A DNA stretch of 64,000 nt from an uncultured delta proteobacterium (GTDB lineage: Bacteria; Desulfobacterota; Desulfobacteria; Desulfobacterales; SG8-13): contig CAWKCK010000017.1 of the NCBI GenBank assembly GCA_963848135.1, forward strand, positions 806,001 to 870,000. Direction: 5' to 3'. Numbering within the stretch: position 1 is the first letter of the stretch; every line of letters begins with the position of its first letter. The position numbers were made by a program, and so were the translations under genes. The notes below the pieces were generated by a model. That model searched no databases. It saw only the letters and a list, made by a program, of their open reading frames with translations, and was not told the origin of the DNA. Positions 33,290-43,357 of the stretch are shown piece after piece.

Positions 33290-34336
33290 TCAGTGTTTCT
33301 CCTGCGCGCGGTTGGCCCGCAGCTGACCGCAGGCGGCGGAAATATCCTGCCCCTTGCTGCGGCGTACGATAACCGTGTAATGTTTGGAGAGAAGAATCTG
33401 TTGAAATTGCTCGATAACCGCTTCCTCCGGTCGCTCAAAACGACTGGCCGCATGTGGATTGAACGGAATCAGATTGATTTTGGCTTTCACAGGACTGAGC
33501 AATGCCGCCAGACGGCGGGCATCCTCAACGGAATCATTGACCCCTTTGATCAGGATATACTCAAAGGTAATCCGCCGATGCGGCTTCAAAGGATATCGCC
33601 GACAAGCCTCCAGTAGCGCCGCGATGGGGTAGGTCCGGTTGATCGGCATCAGGAAATCACGCGTGCGGTCGTCTGTTGCATTCAGGGAAATGGCGATATT
33701 AACGGAAGATTCATCACCCAGCTGCAAAACCTTTGGAACCAGTCCGGCGGTCGACAAAGTAATTCGACGGGCGGCAAATGCGAGCCCGGAGCCGGTATCG
33801 GTCAGCGTGTCCAAGGCTTCGGTCACGTTGGTGTAGTTGGCCAGGGGTTCACCCATGCCCATGAGAACGATGTTTGTCAGGCGGGCCGGATCCTCCATGT
33901 TTTGCTGAACGTCCCGCACCTGCCCTATGATTTCGCTTTTGCTGAGGCTGCGGATCAACCCGTCCTTACCAGTCAAACAAAACCGGCACCCCAAGGCGCA
34001 ACCGACCTGGCTTGATATGCAGAGTGTGAAGTGGTTGCGCTCCGGGATCAGCACACTTTCGATCTGTTGATCGTCCTTGAGACCAAAAAGATATTTGCGT
34101 GAACCGTCCACAGAAGTGTCGACCTGCACCTTTTTGAGGCGATCGATCGAAAAATTCTCCGTGAGCTTCTCCCTCACCGATTTGCTCAAGTCGGTCATCT
34201 GGTCGAAACGATCAGCCTGCCGGTTATATATCCACCGCAATATCTGTCCCGCCCGGTATGCGGCAATGCCATGTTGAGCGAGCCATTCACGCAGTTGCCT
34301 AATCGTCAGGTTTTTGATGTCGGATTTTACGATCAT
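33290..34336 (-). CDS. rlmN: Dual-specificity 23S rRNA/tRNA methyltransferase RlmN
   Basis: CISSQVGCALGCRFC radical-SAM motif, MGMGEPL, ITFEY, DISAACGQL. Confidence 0.96.
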   Translation of the reverse strand: MIVKSDIKNLTIRQLREWLAQHGIAAYRAGQILRWIYNRQADRFDQMTDLSKSVREKLTENFSIDRLKKVQVDTSVDGSRKYLFGLKDDQQIESVLIPERNHFTLCISSQVGCALGCRFCLTGKDGLIRSLSKSEIIGQVRDVQQNMEDPARLTNIVLMGMGEPLANYTNVTEALDTLTDTGSGLAFAARRITLSTAGLVPKVLQLGDESSVNIAISLNATDDRTRDFLMPINRTYPIAALLEACRRYPLKPHRRITFEYILIKGVNDSVEDARRLAALLSPVKAKINLIPFNPHAASRFERPEEAVIEQFQQILLSKHYTVIVRRSKGQDISAACGQLRANRAQEKH

Positions 34337-34534
34337 TTTGTTTGCATTTGTTTAATGGTTAAGCTAATGGTGGTGGCATGATAGCAACGATGCCGGACCG
34401 GCATTCGACGCGACCGATCTGCTGTAATGGGGCCAATATCTGTTTGACGCCAGTCTGAAATTCCCTCGCCGAGGGACACGCGTCCCCAGACGGATCATGC
34501 AAAAAAACGCTCTTCAATAAAGCCGTGAAATGGC

Positions 34535-34563
34535 TTGACATATCATTTTTTTCGGTCTATTTT
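34535..34563 (+). promoter_or_regulatory. Sigma70-type promoter upstream of ffh
   Basis: TTGACA (34535-34540), 17-nt spacer, TATTTT (34558-34563). Confidence 0.55.
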
Positions 34564-34602
34564 CAAGGTTTTTGATCATACCATAGCGATGCATGCAATA
34601 TC

Positions 34603-35934
34603 ATGTTAGATAACCTGAGCGATAAACTTAACGCCGTTTTCAAGAAGCTCAAGGGGCACGGCAAGCTAACAGAAAAGAACATCGAAGCCGGCTTGAAGGA
34701 AGTGCGCCTGGCCCTGCTCGAGGCCGATGTTCATTATCTGGTTGTAAAAAAATTCATTGCCGGCATTAAAGAGCGGGCACTCGGCCACGAAGTTCTGGCC
34801 AGCCTGACCCCGGGCCAACAGGTTGTTAAAATTGTTTTCGAAGAACTGACGACACTGATGGGCTCCCGCAACGAAGCCCTTAATCTCACCGGTACCCATC
34901 CGGTTGCCGTCATGCTGGTGGGGCTCCAAGGGTCCGGGAAAACCACAACGTCGGGCAAATTGGCCATCCACCTGACGAAGAGCGGTAAAAAGCCGTACCT
35001 CGTGCCTGCGGACGTCTACCGACCGGCCGCCATCGACCAGCTGAAAAAACTGGGAGATCAGTTGACAGTGCCGGTTTTCCCATCGACGACAGACATGGAC
35101 CCGGTAACGATCTGCCGGGGTGCTCGGGCCGCGGCAGCCAAAGAGGGTTGTGATACGCTGCTGTTGGACACCGCCGGCCGCCTGCACGTCGACCACCAAT
35201 TGATGGATGAGTTGAAAGCGATCCGGGAAGCGATTGAGCCTTCCGATATTCTTCTGGTGGCCGATGCGATGACCGGCCAGGACGCCGTCAACATTGCCAA
35301 GGCCTTCGACGAGGCTCTGGATCTCGGTGGCGTCATCCTGACCAAAATGGATGGTGATGCACGCGGCGGCGCCGCCTTATCGATCAAGGCCATAACCGGC
35401 AAGCCGATCAAGTTTATCGGTGTCGGCGAAAAACTCGATCAACTGGAACCCTTTCATCCGGACAGATTGGCATCCACCATTCTCGGGATGGGAGATGTTC
35501 TGACGTTTATCGAAAAAGCTCAGGCCGCGGTTGACGACAAAAAGGCGGCTGAGCTTGAAAAGAAGCTGCGCAAAAGCCAGTTCACATTGGAAGATTTCCG
35601 AGATCAGATGCTGCAGATTCGTAAAATGGGATCACTGTCGGATCTGTTAAAAATGATCCCCGGTGTCGGCAGTAGCAAGCAGTTTAAAAATTTGAAGGTT
35701 GACGATCATGAACTGGTAAGAATCGAAGCCATCATCAACTCCATGACACCCGATGAGCGGCAAAGACATACGATTATAAATGGCAGCCGGCGCAAACGCA
35801 TTGCCGGTGGAAGTGGCACGAGTATCCAGGATGTCAACCGTCTCCTGAAGAACTACGCCCAGGTAATGAAAATGATGAAAAAGCTCAACAAAAGCGGCAT
35901 GCGCGGACTCAATCGCGGCATGCTGCCTTTCTGA
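34603..35934 (+). CDS. ffh: Signal recognition particle protein Ffh
   Basis: ALLEADV, GLQGSGKTT, DTAGR, TKMDGDARGG, M-domain GSRRKRIAGGSG. Confidence 0.97.
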   Translation: MLDNLSDKLNAVFKKLKGHGKLTEKNIEAGLKEVRLALLEADVHYLVVKKFIAGIKERALGHEVLASLTPGQQVVKIVFEELTTLMGSRNEALNLTGTHPVAVMLVGLQGSGKTTTSGKLAIHLTKSGKKPYLVPADVYRPAAIDQLKKLGDQLTVPVFPSTTDMDPVTICRGARAAAAKEGCDTLLLDTAGRLHVDHQLMDELKAIREAIEPSDILLVADAMTGQDAVNIAKAFDEALDLGGVILTKMDGDARGGAALSIKAITGKPIKFIGVGEKLDQLEPFHPDRLASTILGMGDVLTFIEKAQAAVDDKKAAELEKKLRKSQFTLEDFRDQMLQIRKMGSLSDLLKMIPGVGSSKQFKNLKVDDHELVRIEAIINSMTPDERQRHTIINGSRRKRIAGGSGTSIQDVNRLLKNYAQVMKMMKKLNKSGMRGLNRGMLPF

Positions 35935-35958
35935 AGAATAACTTTGAAGGAGACCACG

Positions 35959-36213
35959 ATGGCAGTAAAAATTAGATTGGCCAGACACGGCGCAAAGAAA
36001 AAACCCTTTTATCGTATTGTCGCAGCAGACAGTGAGGCGCCACGGGATGGAAAGTTTCTGGAAACCCTCGGCACCTATAACCCCCTGCTGGAGGTGGAGG
36101 AAGTTAATCTCAAAACCGAAAGAGTTAAATACTGGATCGAAAAGGGTGCGACGCCAACGGTAACGGTTAAAAATATATTGAAGAAACAAGGTTTCTTCGC
36201 TGCGAGTACATAA
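35959..36213 (+). CDS. rpsP: 30S ribosomal protein S16
   Basis: [21 protein letters not shown]...GTYNP. AAGGAG RBS before ATG 35959. Confidence 0.97.
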   Translation: MAVKIRLARHGAKKKPFYRIVAADSEAPRDGKFLETLGTYNPLLEVEEVNLKTERVKYWIEKGATPTVTVKNILKKQGFFAAST

Positions 36214-36285
36214 ATCCTGCTCTGTCGTCGTGCAGCGTAACGGAACCCTCCCTCATTCTCAACCGCCAACAAAGGAGATGGAGCG

Positions 36286-36516
36286 ATGAAAGACTTGATC
36301 AGCTACATTGCGCAGGCGCTGGTTGACCATCCCGAACAGGTGTCGGTTTCAGAAATCGAAGGAAATCAGACATCCGTTCTGGAACTTAGTGTTGCGAAAG
36401 AGGATCTGGGAAAGGTGATCGGCAAACAGGGCCGGACGGCTCGGGCTATGCGGACCATACTGAGTGCTGCTTCAGCCAAAATAAAAAAACGCACGGTGCT
36501 GGAGATCATTGAGTAG
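36286..36516 (+). CDS. khpA: KH-domain RNA-binding protein KhpA
   Basis: ALVDHPEQV...[18 protein letters not shown]; conserved position between rpsP and rimM. Confidence 0.93.
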   Translation: MKDLISYIAQALVDHPEQVSVSEIEGNQTSVLELSVAKEDLGKVIGKQGRTARAMRTILSAASAKIKKRTVLEIIE

Positions 36517-37045
36517 TTCCGAGGAAAAAAGCGGTACCGTTTCAATCGGTAAGATTGTCGGGGCTCACGGCTTGACGGGAACATGCAAGATCTATCCGTA
36601 TACCGACTCCTTGGCGGTTTTTGATAGCGGCAGCGAAATCTTCGTCACTTTACCGGACGAAGGGACAACGAGAGCGTTTGAAGTCGACTGGTCCAAGCCA
36701 CACAACCGCCTCGTTCTTCTCAGCTTAGTAGGGATAAACGATCGCTCCCAGGCCGAAAAACTCATCGGTAGCGAAATTGTTATCGATAGGGTCAACCTGC
36801 CAGAATTGGATCCCGGTACGTATTACTGGCACGATCTGATCGGAATGTCCGTTTACACCAACGAGGGCGTATTTCTCGGACTCCTGGATACGGTGATGCC
36901 CACGGGAAGTAATGATGTCTACGTGGTCAAACAACCGGATGGCGAGCCGAACGAAGAGATCTTGATTCCGGCCCTTAATTCGGTTGTGCTGGAAATCGAT
37001 CTCGAAAATCACAGGATGCGCGTGGATCTGCCGGAGGGTCTCTGA
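36509..37045 (+). CDS. rimM: Ribosome maturation factor RimM
   Basis: [31 protein letters not shown]. Confidence 0.95.
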   Translation: MSSSEEKSGTVSIGKIVGAHGLTGTCKIYPYTDSLAVFDSGSEIFVTLPDEGTTRAFEVDWSKPHNRLVLLSLVGINDRSQAEKLIGSEIVIDRVNLPELDPGTYYWHDLIGMSVYTNEGVFLGLLDTVMPTGSNDVYVVKQPDGEPNEEILIPALNSVVLEIDLENHRMRVDLPEGL

Positions 37046-37140
37046 TCCGGTCGCCTTTCAGGGCGAACATACGTGTATCGGCAACGGCACATTAAGAACA
37101 TGCGAAGCGAAGCGCCCAACTGGAACGAACAGAAGCGCGG

Positions 37141-37929
37141 ATGAAATTTTTCGCTCTGACAATCTTTCCTGATATTTTCTCGTCCTTTATGACCCACGGG
37201 ATCGTCAGACGGGCGATTGAACGGAACATAATCTCTCTGAACACGATCAACGTCAGGGACTTTACAACCGACAAGCATCAGGTTACCGACGACCGTCCTT
37301 ATGGTGGCGGCAGCGGAATGGTAATGAAACCCGAACCGCTGGCAGGAGCCATCCGGGCTGCCAAAGAGGCGGAACCCACCGCGGCGACAGTTCTCCTGAC
37401 GCCCCAGGGAAGGGTTTTCAGCCAGCAAAGGGCCCGTGAATTGGCGGCGTTGAACGGCCTGATTTTCATCTGCGGCCGCTATGAGGGCGTCGACGAAAGA
37501 GTGTGCAAACACTACGTCGATTTCGATATTTCCATCGGCGATTTTGTCCTTACCGGCGGTGAACTGGCGGCGATGAGCATCATCGATGCCCTGACCCGAT
37601 TGTTACCGGGAGCCTTGGGTGGCGAGGACGCCGCCGAAAAGGACTCATTTTCAAACGATCTGCTGGAACACGCACATTACACGCGGCCACGGCGCTTCGA
37701 AGGCGTTGAACCACCGGCCGTATTATTGTCGGGTAATCACAAGGAAATAGAAGATTGGCGGTTCGAATCAGCATTGATCCGTACAGTTCTCAACCGCAAG
37801 GATCTGCTGGAAAACAGATCACTGAATCGGCGGGAAGTCGACATATTGAGAAAATGGTGCACCGATATTGAAAGGATTGTCCGGGCCCAATCTTCATCTG
37901 GCACTGGTTCATTATCCGGTGACCAATAA
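37141..37929 (+). CDS. trmD: tRNA (guanine-N1)-methyltransferase TrmD
   Basis: DDRPYGGGSGMVMK, CGRYEGVDER, SIGDFVLTGGE, YTRP, LLSGNH. Confidence 0.97.
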   Translation: MKFFALTIFPDIFSSFMTHGIVRRAIERNIISLNTINVRDFTTDKHQVTDDRPYGGGSGMVMKPEPLAGAIRAAKEAEPTAATVLLTPQGRVFSQQRARELAALNGLIFICGRYEGVDERVCKHYVDFDISIGDFVLTGGELAAMSIIDALTRLLPGALGGEDAAEKDSFSNDLLEHAHYTRPRRFEGVEPPAVLLSGNHKEIEDWRFESALIRTVLNRKDLLENRSLNRREVDILRKWCTDIERIVRAQSSSGTGSLSGDQ

Positions 37930-38494
37930 AAATGGCGATGTCATCGCCTCAGCCGTTACCAACCTGGACCTGCACGACATTGCCCGGGCGGCCAGAACAT
38001 ACGGTGTGAAATCGTTTTATGTGGTAACCCCACTCGAGGACCAGATCGCGCTGGTAGGCCAGCTGGTATCCCATTGGGTCAGTGGCTCAGGGTCCGCATA
38101 CAACCCGAAGCGACGTCAGGCCCTGGAACTCATCCGGATAAAAAGAAACCTGGACGAGGTCATTTCAGAAATCAGTGCCCTGCCCGAAAGCACTGGGGCA
38201 CCCCGAACGATTGTGACCAGCGCTGTCATAAAACGCCCCGTGGTCACCTTCTCCGGCCTGCGCCGCATGTTCGACGACGGGTTTCCGTACCTGCTGGTAT
38301 TCGGAACCGCCTGGGGACTGGCGGAGGCAATGATAACATCCGCTGATATTGCCCTCGAGCCCATCCGGGGGACGGGACGTTACAATCATCTGTCGGTTCG
38401 TTCAGCAGCGGCCGTTATCCTCGATCGGCTTCTCGGTCATCGGGACGCGGCGTACGAACGTGTTTCTAACAGCAGCGGCGGACAATCGGATTAA
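37877..38494 (+). CDS. SPOUT-family RNA methyltransferase (Tm1570-like)
   Basis: LALVHYPV, AVTNLDLHDIARAARTYG, FGTAWGL, YNHLSVRSAAAVILDRL. Start is TTG 37877 or 37868, overlapping trmD. Confidence 0.88.
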   Translation: MSGPNLHLALVHYPVTNKNGDVIASAVTNLDLHDIARAARTYGVKSFYVVTPLEDQIALVGQLVSHWVSGSGSAYNPKRRQALELIRIKRNLDEVISEISALPESTGAPRTIVTSAVIKRPVVTFSGLRRMFDDGFPYLLVFGTAWGLAEAMITSADIALEPIRGTGRYNHLSVRSAAAVILDRLLGHRDAAYERVSNSSGGQSD

Positions 38495-38559
38495 TGGTAC
38501 AATAAAACGGAATCGTTATTCAAAGATATTATTGAATTATCAGTTTACGTGGAGGTCAA

Positions 38560-38904
38560 ATGGAAAAGATAAAACAACTGGAAAGAGAAATGATGCGGCT
38601 TGACTTGCCGGATTTTGCTCCTGGAGATACCGTCAAGGTTCACGTCAAAATCAAGGAGGGTGAGAAAGAGCGAATTCAGGTGTTTCAGGGTGTTGTTATC
38701 AGCAAACGCAAAGGAACGACAAACGCCACATTCACAGTGCGCAAGGTTTCCTATGGTGTGGGTGTCGAACGTATTTTTCCGTTGCATTCACCCATCATTG
38801 ACAAGATCGAAGTGATCACCCGCGGCCGCGTCCGGCGTGCAAAGATCTATTACCTGCGGAAGCTCAGAGGCAAAGCCGCACGCTTGAAAGAACGCCGCTT
38901 CTGA
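38560..38904 (+). CDS. rplS: 50S ribosomal protein L19
   Basis: [39 protein letters not shown]. Confidence 0.97.
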   Translation: MEKIKQLEREMMRLDLPDFAPGDTVKVHVKIKEGEKERIQVFQGVVISKRKGTTNATFTVRKVSYGVGVERIFPLHSPIIDKIEVITRGRVRRAKIYYLRKLRGKAARLKERRF

Positions 38905-38938
38905 TTCCGGCGGCCCTGGGCAAGAGTGAGGGGGAAGC

Positions 38939-39748
38939 ATGCCAACAGACCGGTTGAAACGGTCCGGATCGGTGCCGGACCATATCACCGGCGATCAAAG
39001 ACCCGGTGGCAGCACCTCTATGCGGCGACAAACAGCACTTGGAATGGATCGCCGCCACAATCCCGAGCAGCGGGCCGCCGCTGATCCATGGGCTTACGAA
39101 AAAAAAGCGGCCGCGAACGGTTATGTGACGATTGCGGGAATCGACGAAGCCGGCCGGGGGCCCTTGGCTGGACCCGTTGTTTCTGCCGCTGTGGTCCTCC
39201 CACGAACGTTCTCGAATTCGGAAGTCACCGACTCCAAAAAATTATCCCCGACCCGTCGCAGCAAGCTGTACGACGTGATTTACGAACACGCCGTCGCTAT
39301 CGGCATCGGAATCGTCGATGCGGTGGAAATCGATCGCATCAACATCCTCCAGGCGTCGCTGTTATCAATGGCCATCGCAACCCGCAACCTCCAACCATCA
39401 CCTGACTGCCTGCTCATCGACGGCATTTTTCCGATTCCACTGCCAATGGTCCAGAAGACCATCCCCAAGGGCGATGCCCTGAGCATTTCCATATCCGCGG
39501 CATCGATCGTCGCCAAGGTTACACGCGACCGCATGATGGATTGTTACGATGTGTATTACCCGCAATACCGCTTTGCATCCCACAAAGGATACCCCACCAA
39601 AGCTCATCGTGAGGCCATTCAAAAATTCGGCTCCTGCCCCATACACCGGCAGAGTTTCAAAGGTGTGAGAGAATACGTCCAACCATCGAAAAACACGCAA
39701 CTGCCACTGAGGACCGCGCATGCTGAATCGAAGACAAAAATTCGGTAA
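38939..39748 (+). CDS. rnhB: Ribonuclease HII (true start probably downstream of 38939)
   Basis: AGIDEAGRGPLAGPV, DSKKL, IDG, KGDA, AASIVAKVTRD, HKGYPT. Confidence 0.93.
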   Translation: MPTDRLKRSGSVPDHITGDQRPGGSTSMRRQTALGMDRRHNPEQRAAADPWAYEKKAAANGYVTIAGIDEAGRGPLAGPVVSAAVVLPRTFSNSEVTDSKKLSPTRRSKLYDVIYEHAVAIGIGIVDAVEIDRINILQASLLSMAIATRNLQPSPDCLLIDGIFPIPLPMVQKTIPKGDALSISISAASIVAKVTRDRMMDCYDVYYPQYRFASHKGYPTKAHREAIQKFGSCPIHRQSFKGVREYVQPSKNTQLPLRTAHAESKTKIR

Positions 39749-40091
39749 AGCCGGTGAATCGATCGCGGTTCGGTACCTGCGAAGCAGAGGATACCGGATT
39801 CTAGAACAAAATTACCGCACCAGACTCGGTGAGATCGACATCATCGCCAAGGACAGGAAAACCCTAGTATTCGTAGAGGTCAAGGCACGCAATTCGGGCG
39901 ATTTCGGAAATCCCAAGGGCGCGGTTACCCCCCAGAAGCAACGCAAAATTTCTATGGTTGCCCTGCAGTATCTCAAATCCACTGATCAGATGCGGGCCAA
40001 GGCCCGCTTCGATGTCGTTGCCATCTGGTCCGCACACGCACCGCCCCAAATCGAACTGGTTAAAAATGCTTTCAACCTCGCCTACGAATAA
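39720..40091 (+). CDS. yraN: YraN family putative endonuclease
   Basis: GKAGE, GEIDII, VFVEVK, RFDV; usual position after rnhB. Confidence 0.92.
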   Translation: MLNRRQKFGKAGESIAVRYLRSRGYRILEQNYRTRLGEIDIIAKDRKTLVFVEVKARNSGDFGNPKGAVTPQKQRKISMVALQYLKSTDQMRAKARFDVVAIWSAHAPPQIELVKNAFNLAYE

Positions 40092-40956
40092 CCCCGTCGA
40101 GACCGGTCATCCCGGGGTTCTGTATGTCGTCGCGACACCCATCGGCAATCTCCAAGATATCACCCTCAGAGCATTGGACGTTCTTGGTTCGGTCGATATC
40201 ATCGCCGCCGAAGACACCCGCAAGACGGGCCGACTATTGAAGAACAGAGGTATACAAGGAAGATTCATCTCCTACCATGAACACAACGAGCAGCAGCGGT
40301 GTCCGCTTCTAATCAAAAAACTTGAATCCGGTTTATCGGTGGCGATCGTATCCAATGCCGGGACGCCGTCGATCTCAGATCCTGGATTCAGATTGGTCCA
40401 GCGTGCCATCGAACGGAATATCAAGATAATACCCATTCCGGGGGCCGCCGCCGCCGTTACCGCGATCAGTGCTTCCGGTCTTCCTTCAGAGGGGTTCGTG
40501 TTCATCGGTTTCTTGCCCCGTAAACAAGGCCAACGCATCAAGCAGTTGAAAAAACTACAAAGCGTCCCTTGGACGTTGATATTTTATGAATCTCCGAGAC
40601 GGATTGCCAGTCTCATTAATGACATCTTGACCCTATTCGGCGATCGCTCTGCCGTGCTGGCGCGCGAAATGACCAAGCGCCATGAAGAGTTCGTCCGTGG
40701 TCGCCTGTCCGAATTGCTGCAAACCCTGAATGAAAGACCGAACATCAAGGGTGAGTGCACTCTTCTCGTCGCCGGCAAGAGCGGTGAAAAAGCGTACCGT
40801 AGCGAAGCTCTAAAAGAAAATTTGACAACCCGCCTGAAACAGAAGAAACTGACCCTGTCAGAAATAGTGAAGGAAGTTGCCGCAGAGACTGGGCTTTCAA
40901 AAAAACTGGTGTACACCGAAGCCCTGAATATAAAAAACCAGACACGTCAGGAGTAA
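40066..40956 (+). CDS. rsmI: 16S rRNA C1402 2'-O-methyltransferase RsmI
   Basis: LYVVATPIGNLQDIT, AEDTR, AGTPSISDPG, FYESP, REMTKRHEE. Start set at ATG 40066. Confidence 0.94.
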   Translation: MLSTSPTNNPVETGHPGVLYVVATPIGNLQDITLRALDVLGSVDIIAAEDTRKTGRLLKNRGIQGRFISYHEHNEQQRCPLLIKKLESGLSVAIVSNAGTPSISDPGFRLVQRAIERNIKIIPIPGAAAAVTAISASGLPSEGFVFIGFLPRKQGQRIKQLKKLQSVPWTLIFYESPRRIASLINDILTLFGDRSAVLAREMTKRHEEFVRGRLSELLQTLNERPNIKGECTLLVAGKSGEKAYRSEALKENLTTRLKQKKLTLSEIVKEVAAETGLSKKLVYTEALNIKNQTRQE

Positions 40957-40963
40957 AAATCGA

Positions 40964-43141
40964 TTGGATCCACTTGATGCCATATTCAGTCCCAAATCAG
41001 TGGCCGTGGTCGGTGCTTCAAGCACCCCCGGAAAAGTCGGCCACGACATCTTCGTTAACATACTGAGGGGTGGCTACCGCGGCACCCTGTATCCGGTAAA
41101 TCCCAAAGCACATTCGATCGCATGCGTTAAGTCATACCCCGCCATCACGGAAATCCCCGATTCTATCGACCTTGCAATGATCATCCTGCCGCCAAAACCG
41201 GCTCTTCAGGCCGTTGAGTTTGCCATTGAGAAAGCGGTCAAAGGCATTGTTATCGTATCCGCCGGCTTCCGCGAAGTCGGGGCTGAAGGCCGACAAATAG
41301 AAGACCGCATCGTCTCCATCTGCCGGGAGGCCGGTGTCCGGGTGGTGGGGCCGAATTGCCTAGGCGTTATCAATCCGCAGCCCTCTGTAAGACTTAATGC
41401 AAGTTTCTCTGCCCGCATGCCGAAGGCCGGAAATGTCTCTTTTATTTCACAAAGCGGGGCCCTGTGCACGGCCGTGCTCGATTTCGCCGCCGACCGGGAG
41501 TTCGGTTTTTCAAAATTCATCTCCATCGGCAACAAGGCCGATGTGGACGAACTCGATCTGCTGCGGTATTTCCACCGCGACCAGGAAACCGAAGTCATCA
41601 TGCTTTACCTGGAAGAGTTGCGCCGTGGACCGGAGTTTATTCAAGCCGTCAAGGAAATCACCTGCGGCGATTTTCGCCCCACGCCGGTACTCGTGATAAA
41701 ATCCGGTCGAACCAACGCCGGTGCGCGCGCGGCAGCCTCCCATACCGGCGCATTGGCCGGAACTGAAGGCGTATATAATGCCATTTTCAAGCAGACCGGT
41801 ATCATCCGGGTTGAATCCATAAACGAACTGTTCGACTATGCCAGCGCGTTTGCTTATAAAAACGAAACTGAACTCGGAAAAATGCGTCGCAAGGTCCCCC
41901 ACGGAAACCGTGTGGCAATTGTCACCAATGCCGGCGGCCCGGGTATCGTGGCCACAGACGTGACAGTGTCTGCCGGTTTGACTCTGGCCGAATTCAACGA
42001 GGAAACCGTTGAAACACTGGCCAGCCATCTCCCATTGACAGCCAACCTGAACAACCCCGTGGATGTGATCGGCGATGCCGCCCCGGAACGGTATGAGAAC
42101 GCATTGGTGGCCGTCATCAGGGATGAGAACGTCGATGGCGCCCTGGTCATTTTGACACCCCAATCGATGACCAATGCTTTGGGCACGGCGGAAGCCATCG
42201 TTCGTATCGCCCGGCGTTCTCACAAACCGATCATCTGCTGCTTCATGGGCATCGTCGATGTATCAGCCGGGGTAAAATATCTTCAGGAGCATGGTATTCC
42301 GGTATTTAAGTTCCCCGAGAGTGCCGCCAATGCCTTCGGTGCCCTGTACCGGTATTCCCGCTGGCTTAACCGCCAGCACCTGTCGCAGTTCGGGTTCAAA
42401 CATGATCGCGTCAAAGCGGCAGACATTATTGCCGAAAATTTGGCGGCCGGTAACACCCAAATCGGGGAACTGGTGGGCAATCGGCTCTTGGAATGCTATG
42501 GCTTTAAGGTCTTGCCAACAAAACTGGCGACGACAGGCGATGAAGCAACAGATATCGCTGAAGAAATGGGGTTTCCGGTGGTGTTGAAGATCGTTTCCAC
42601 ACAGATCCTCCACAAATCGGATGCGGGTGGCGTGGTTATCGGCCTTGAAAATGGCACTGCCGTAAAAAAAGCATTTCATGAAATAGTCGAACGGGCCAAA
42701 GCCTTCAACCCGGAAGCCGTGATCGACGGTGTGCTGGTTCAAAAAATGGCCCCACCGGGTGAAGAGGTTATTTTAGGGGCCAACCGCTATCCGATCTTCG
42801 GCCCCCTTTTAATGTTCGGTATCGGCGGCATTTTCGTCGAAGTTTTCAAAGACGTTGAATTTCGACTGGCCCCTATCGGTCGCAACGAGGCCCGGCGAAT
42901 GATACGTTCCATCAAGGGTTACAAACTGCTGAAGGGGTTCAGAGGGCGCCCTAAAACCGAACTCGACATCCTCGAGAAATCCCTGGTGGCCCTTTCGGAC
43001 ATGGTGATCGACCACCCTGAAATAATGGAACTCGATATTAACCCCCTTTTGGTTTATCCGGAAGGCCAGGGTGTAATGGTCGCCGACTGCCGGATGATAC
43101 TCAAAGCACGCGAAGATTCCCATAAAGACAAGAGGGTATAA
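40964..43141 (+). CDS. ADP-forming acetate/acyl-CoA synthetase (fused alpha-beta subunits; no GNAT domain)
   Basis: PKSVAVVGAS, GPNCLG, SQSGAL, AASHTGALAG (phospho-His), ATP-grasp HKSDAGGV, ELDINP. Confidence 0.9.
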   Translation: MDPLDAIFSPKSVAVVGASSTPGKVGHDIFVNILRGGYRGTLYPVNPKAHSIACVKSYPAITEIPDSIDLAMIILPPKPALQAVEFAIEKAVKGIVIVSAGFREVGAEGRQIEDRIVSICREAGVRVVGPNCLGVINPQPSVRLNASFSARMPKAGNVSFISQSGALCTAVLDFAADREFGFSKFISIGNKADVDELDLLRYFHRDQETEVIMLYLEELRRGPEFIQAVKEITCGDFRPTPVLVIKSGRTNAGARAAASHTGALAGTEGVYNAIFKQTGIIRVESINELFDYASAFAYKNETELGKMRRKVPHGNRVAIVTNAGGPGIVATDVTVSAGLTLAEFNEETVETLASHLPLTANLNNPVDVIGDAAPERYENALVAVIRDENVDGALVILTPQSMTNALGTAEAIVRIARRSHKPIICCFMGIVDVSAGVKYLQEHGIPVFKFPESAANAFGALYRYSRWLNRQHLSQFGFKHDRVKAADIIAENLAAGNTQIGELVGNRLLECYGFKVLPTKLATTGDEATDIAEEMGFPVVLKIVSTQILHKSDAGGVVIGLENGTAVKKAFHEIVERAKAFNPEAVIDGVLVQKMAPPGEEVILGANRYPIFGPLLMFGIGGIFVEVFKDVEFRLAPIGRNEARRMIRSIKGYKLLKGFRGRPKTELDILEKSLVALSDMVIDHPEIMELDINPLLVYPEGQGVMVADCRMILKAREDSHKDKRV

Positions 43142-43357
43142 CGCGATGAACATGTTCGGTCGGGGAACGGGCCTCTTTTTTGACAGATGCGCAGAGACAA
43201 GGCCGACGGAGAACACTGCCGTAATCCCATGCCCCTTATAGTGGTTGTCAAAAAAACGTTCCGTTATTCGAACGCTTTTTTCCTACAACCACTTATACCA
43301 CCGATCCATGTTTCGGAATTTATTTTTGAAAAGTGGTATAAAATTGAAAGAAGAAAG

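Noticed and set aside
34340..34600. SRP RNA or another ncRNA upstream of ffh
   Set aside because: I could not find the conserved SRP helix-8 motif. No tRNA, rRNA or riboswitch was recognisable anywhere in the window by eye.
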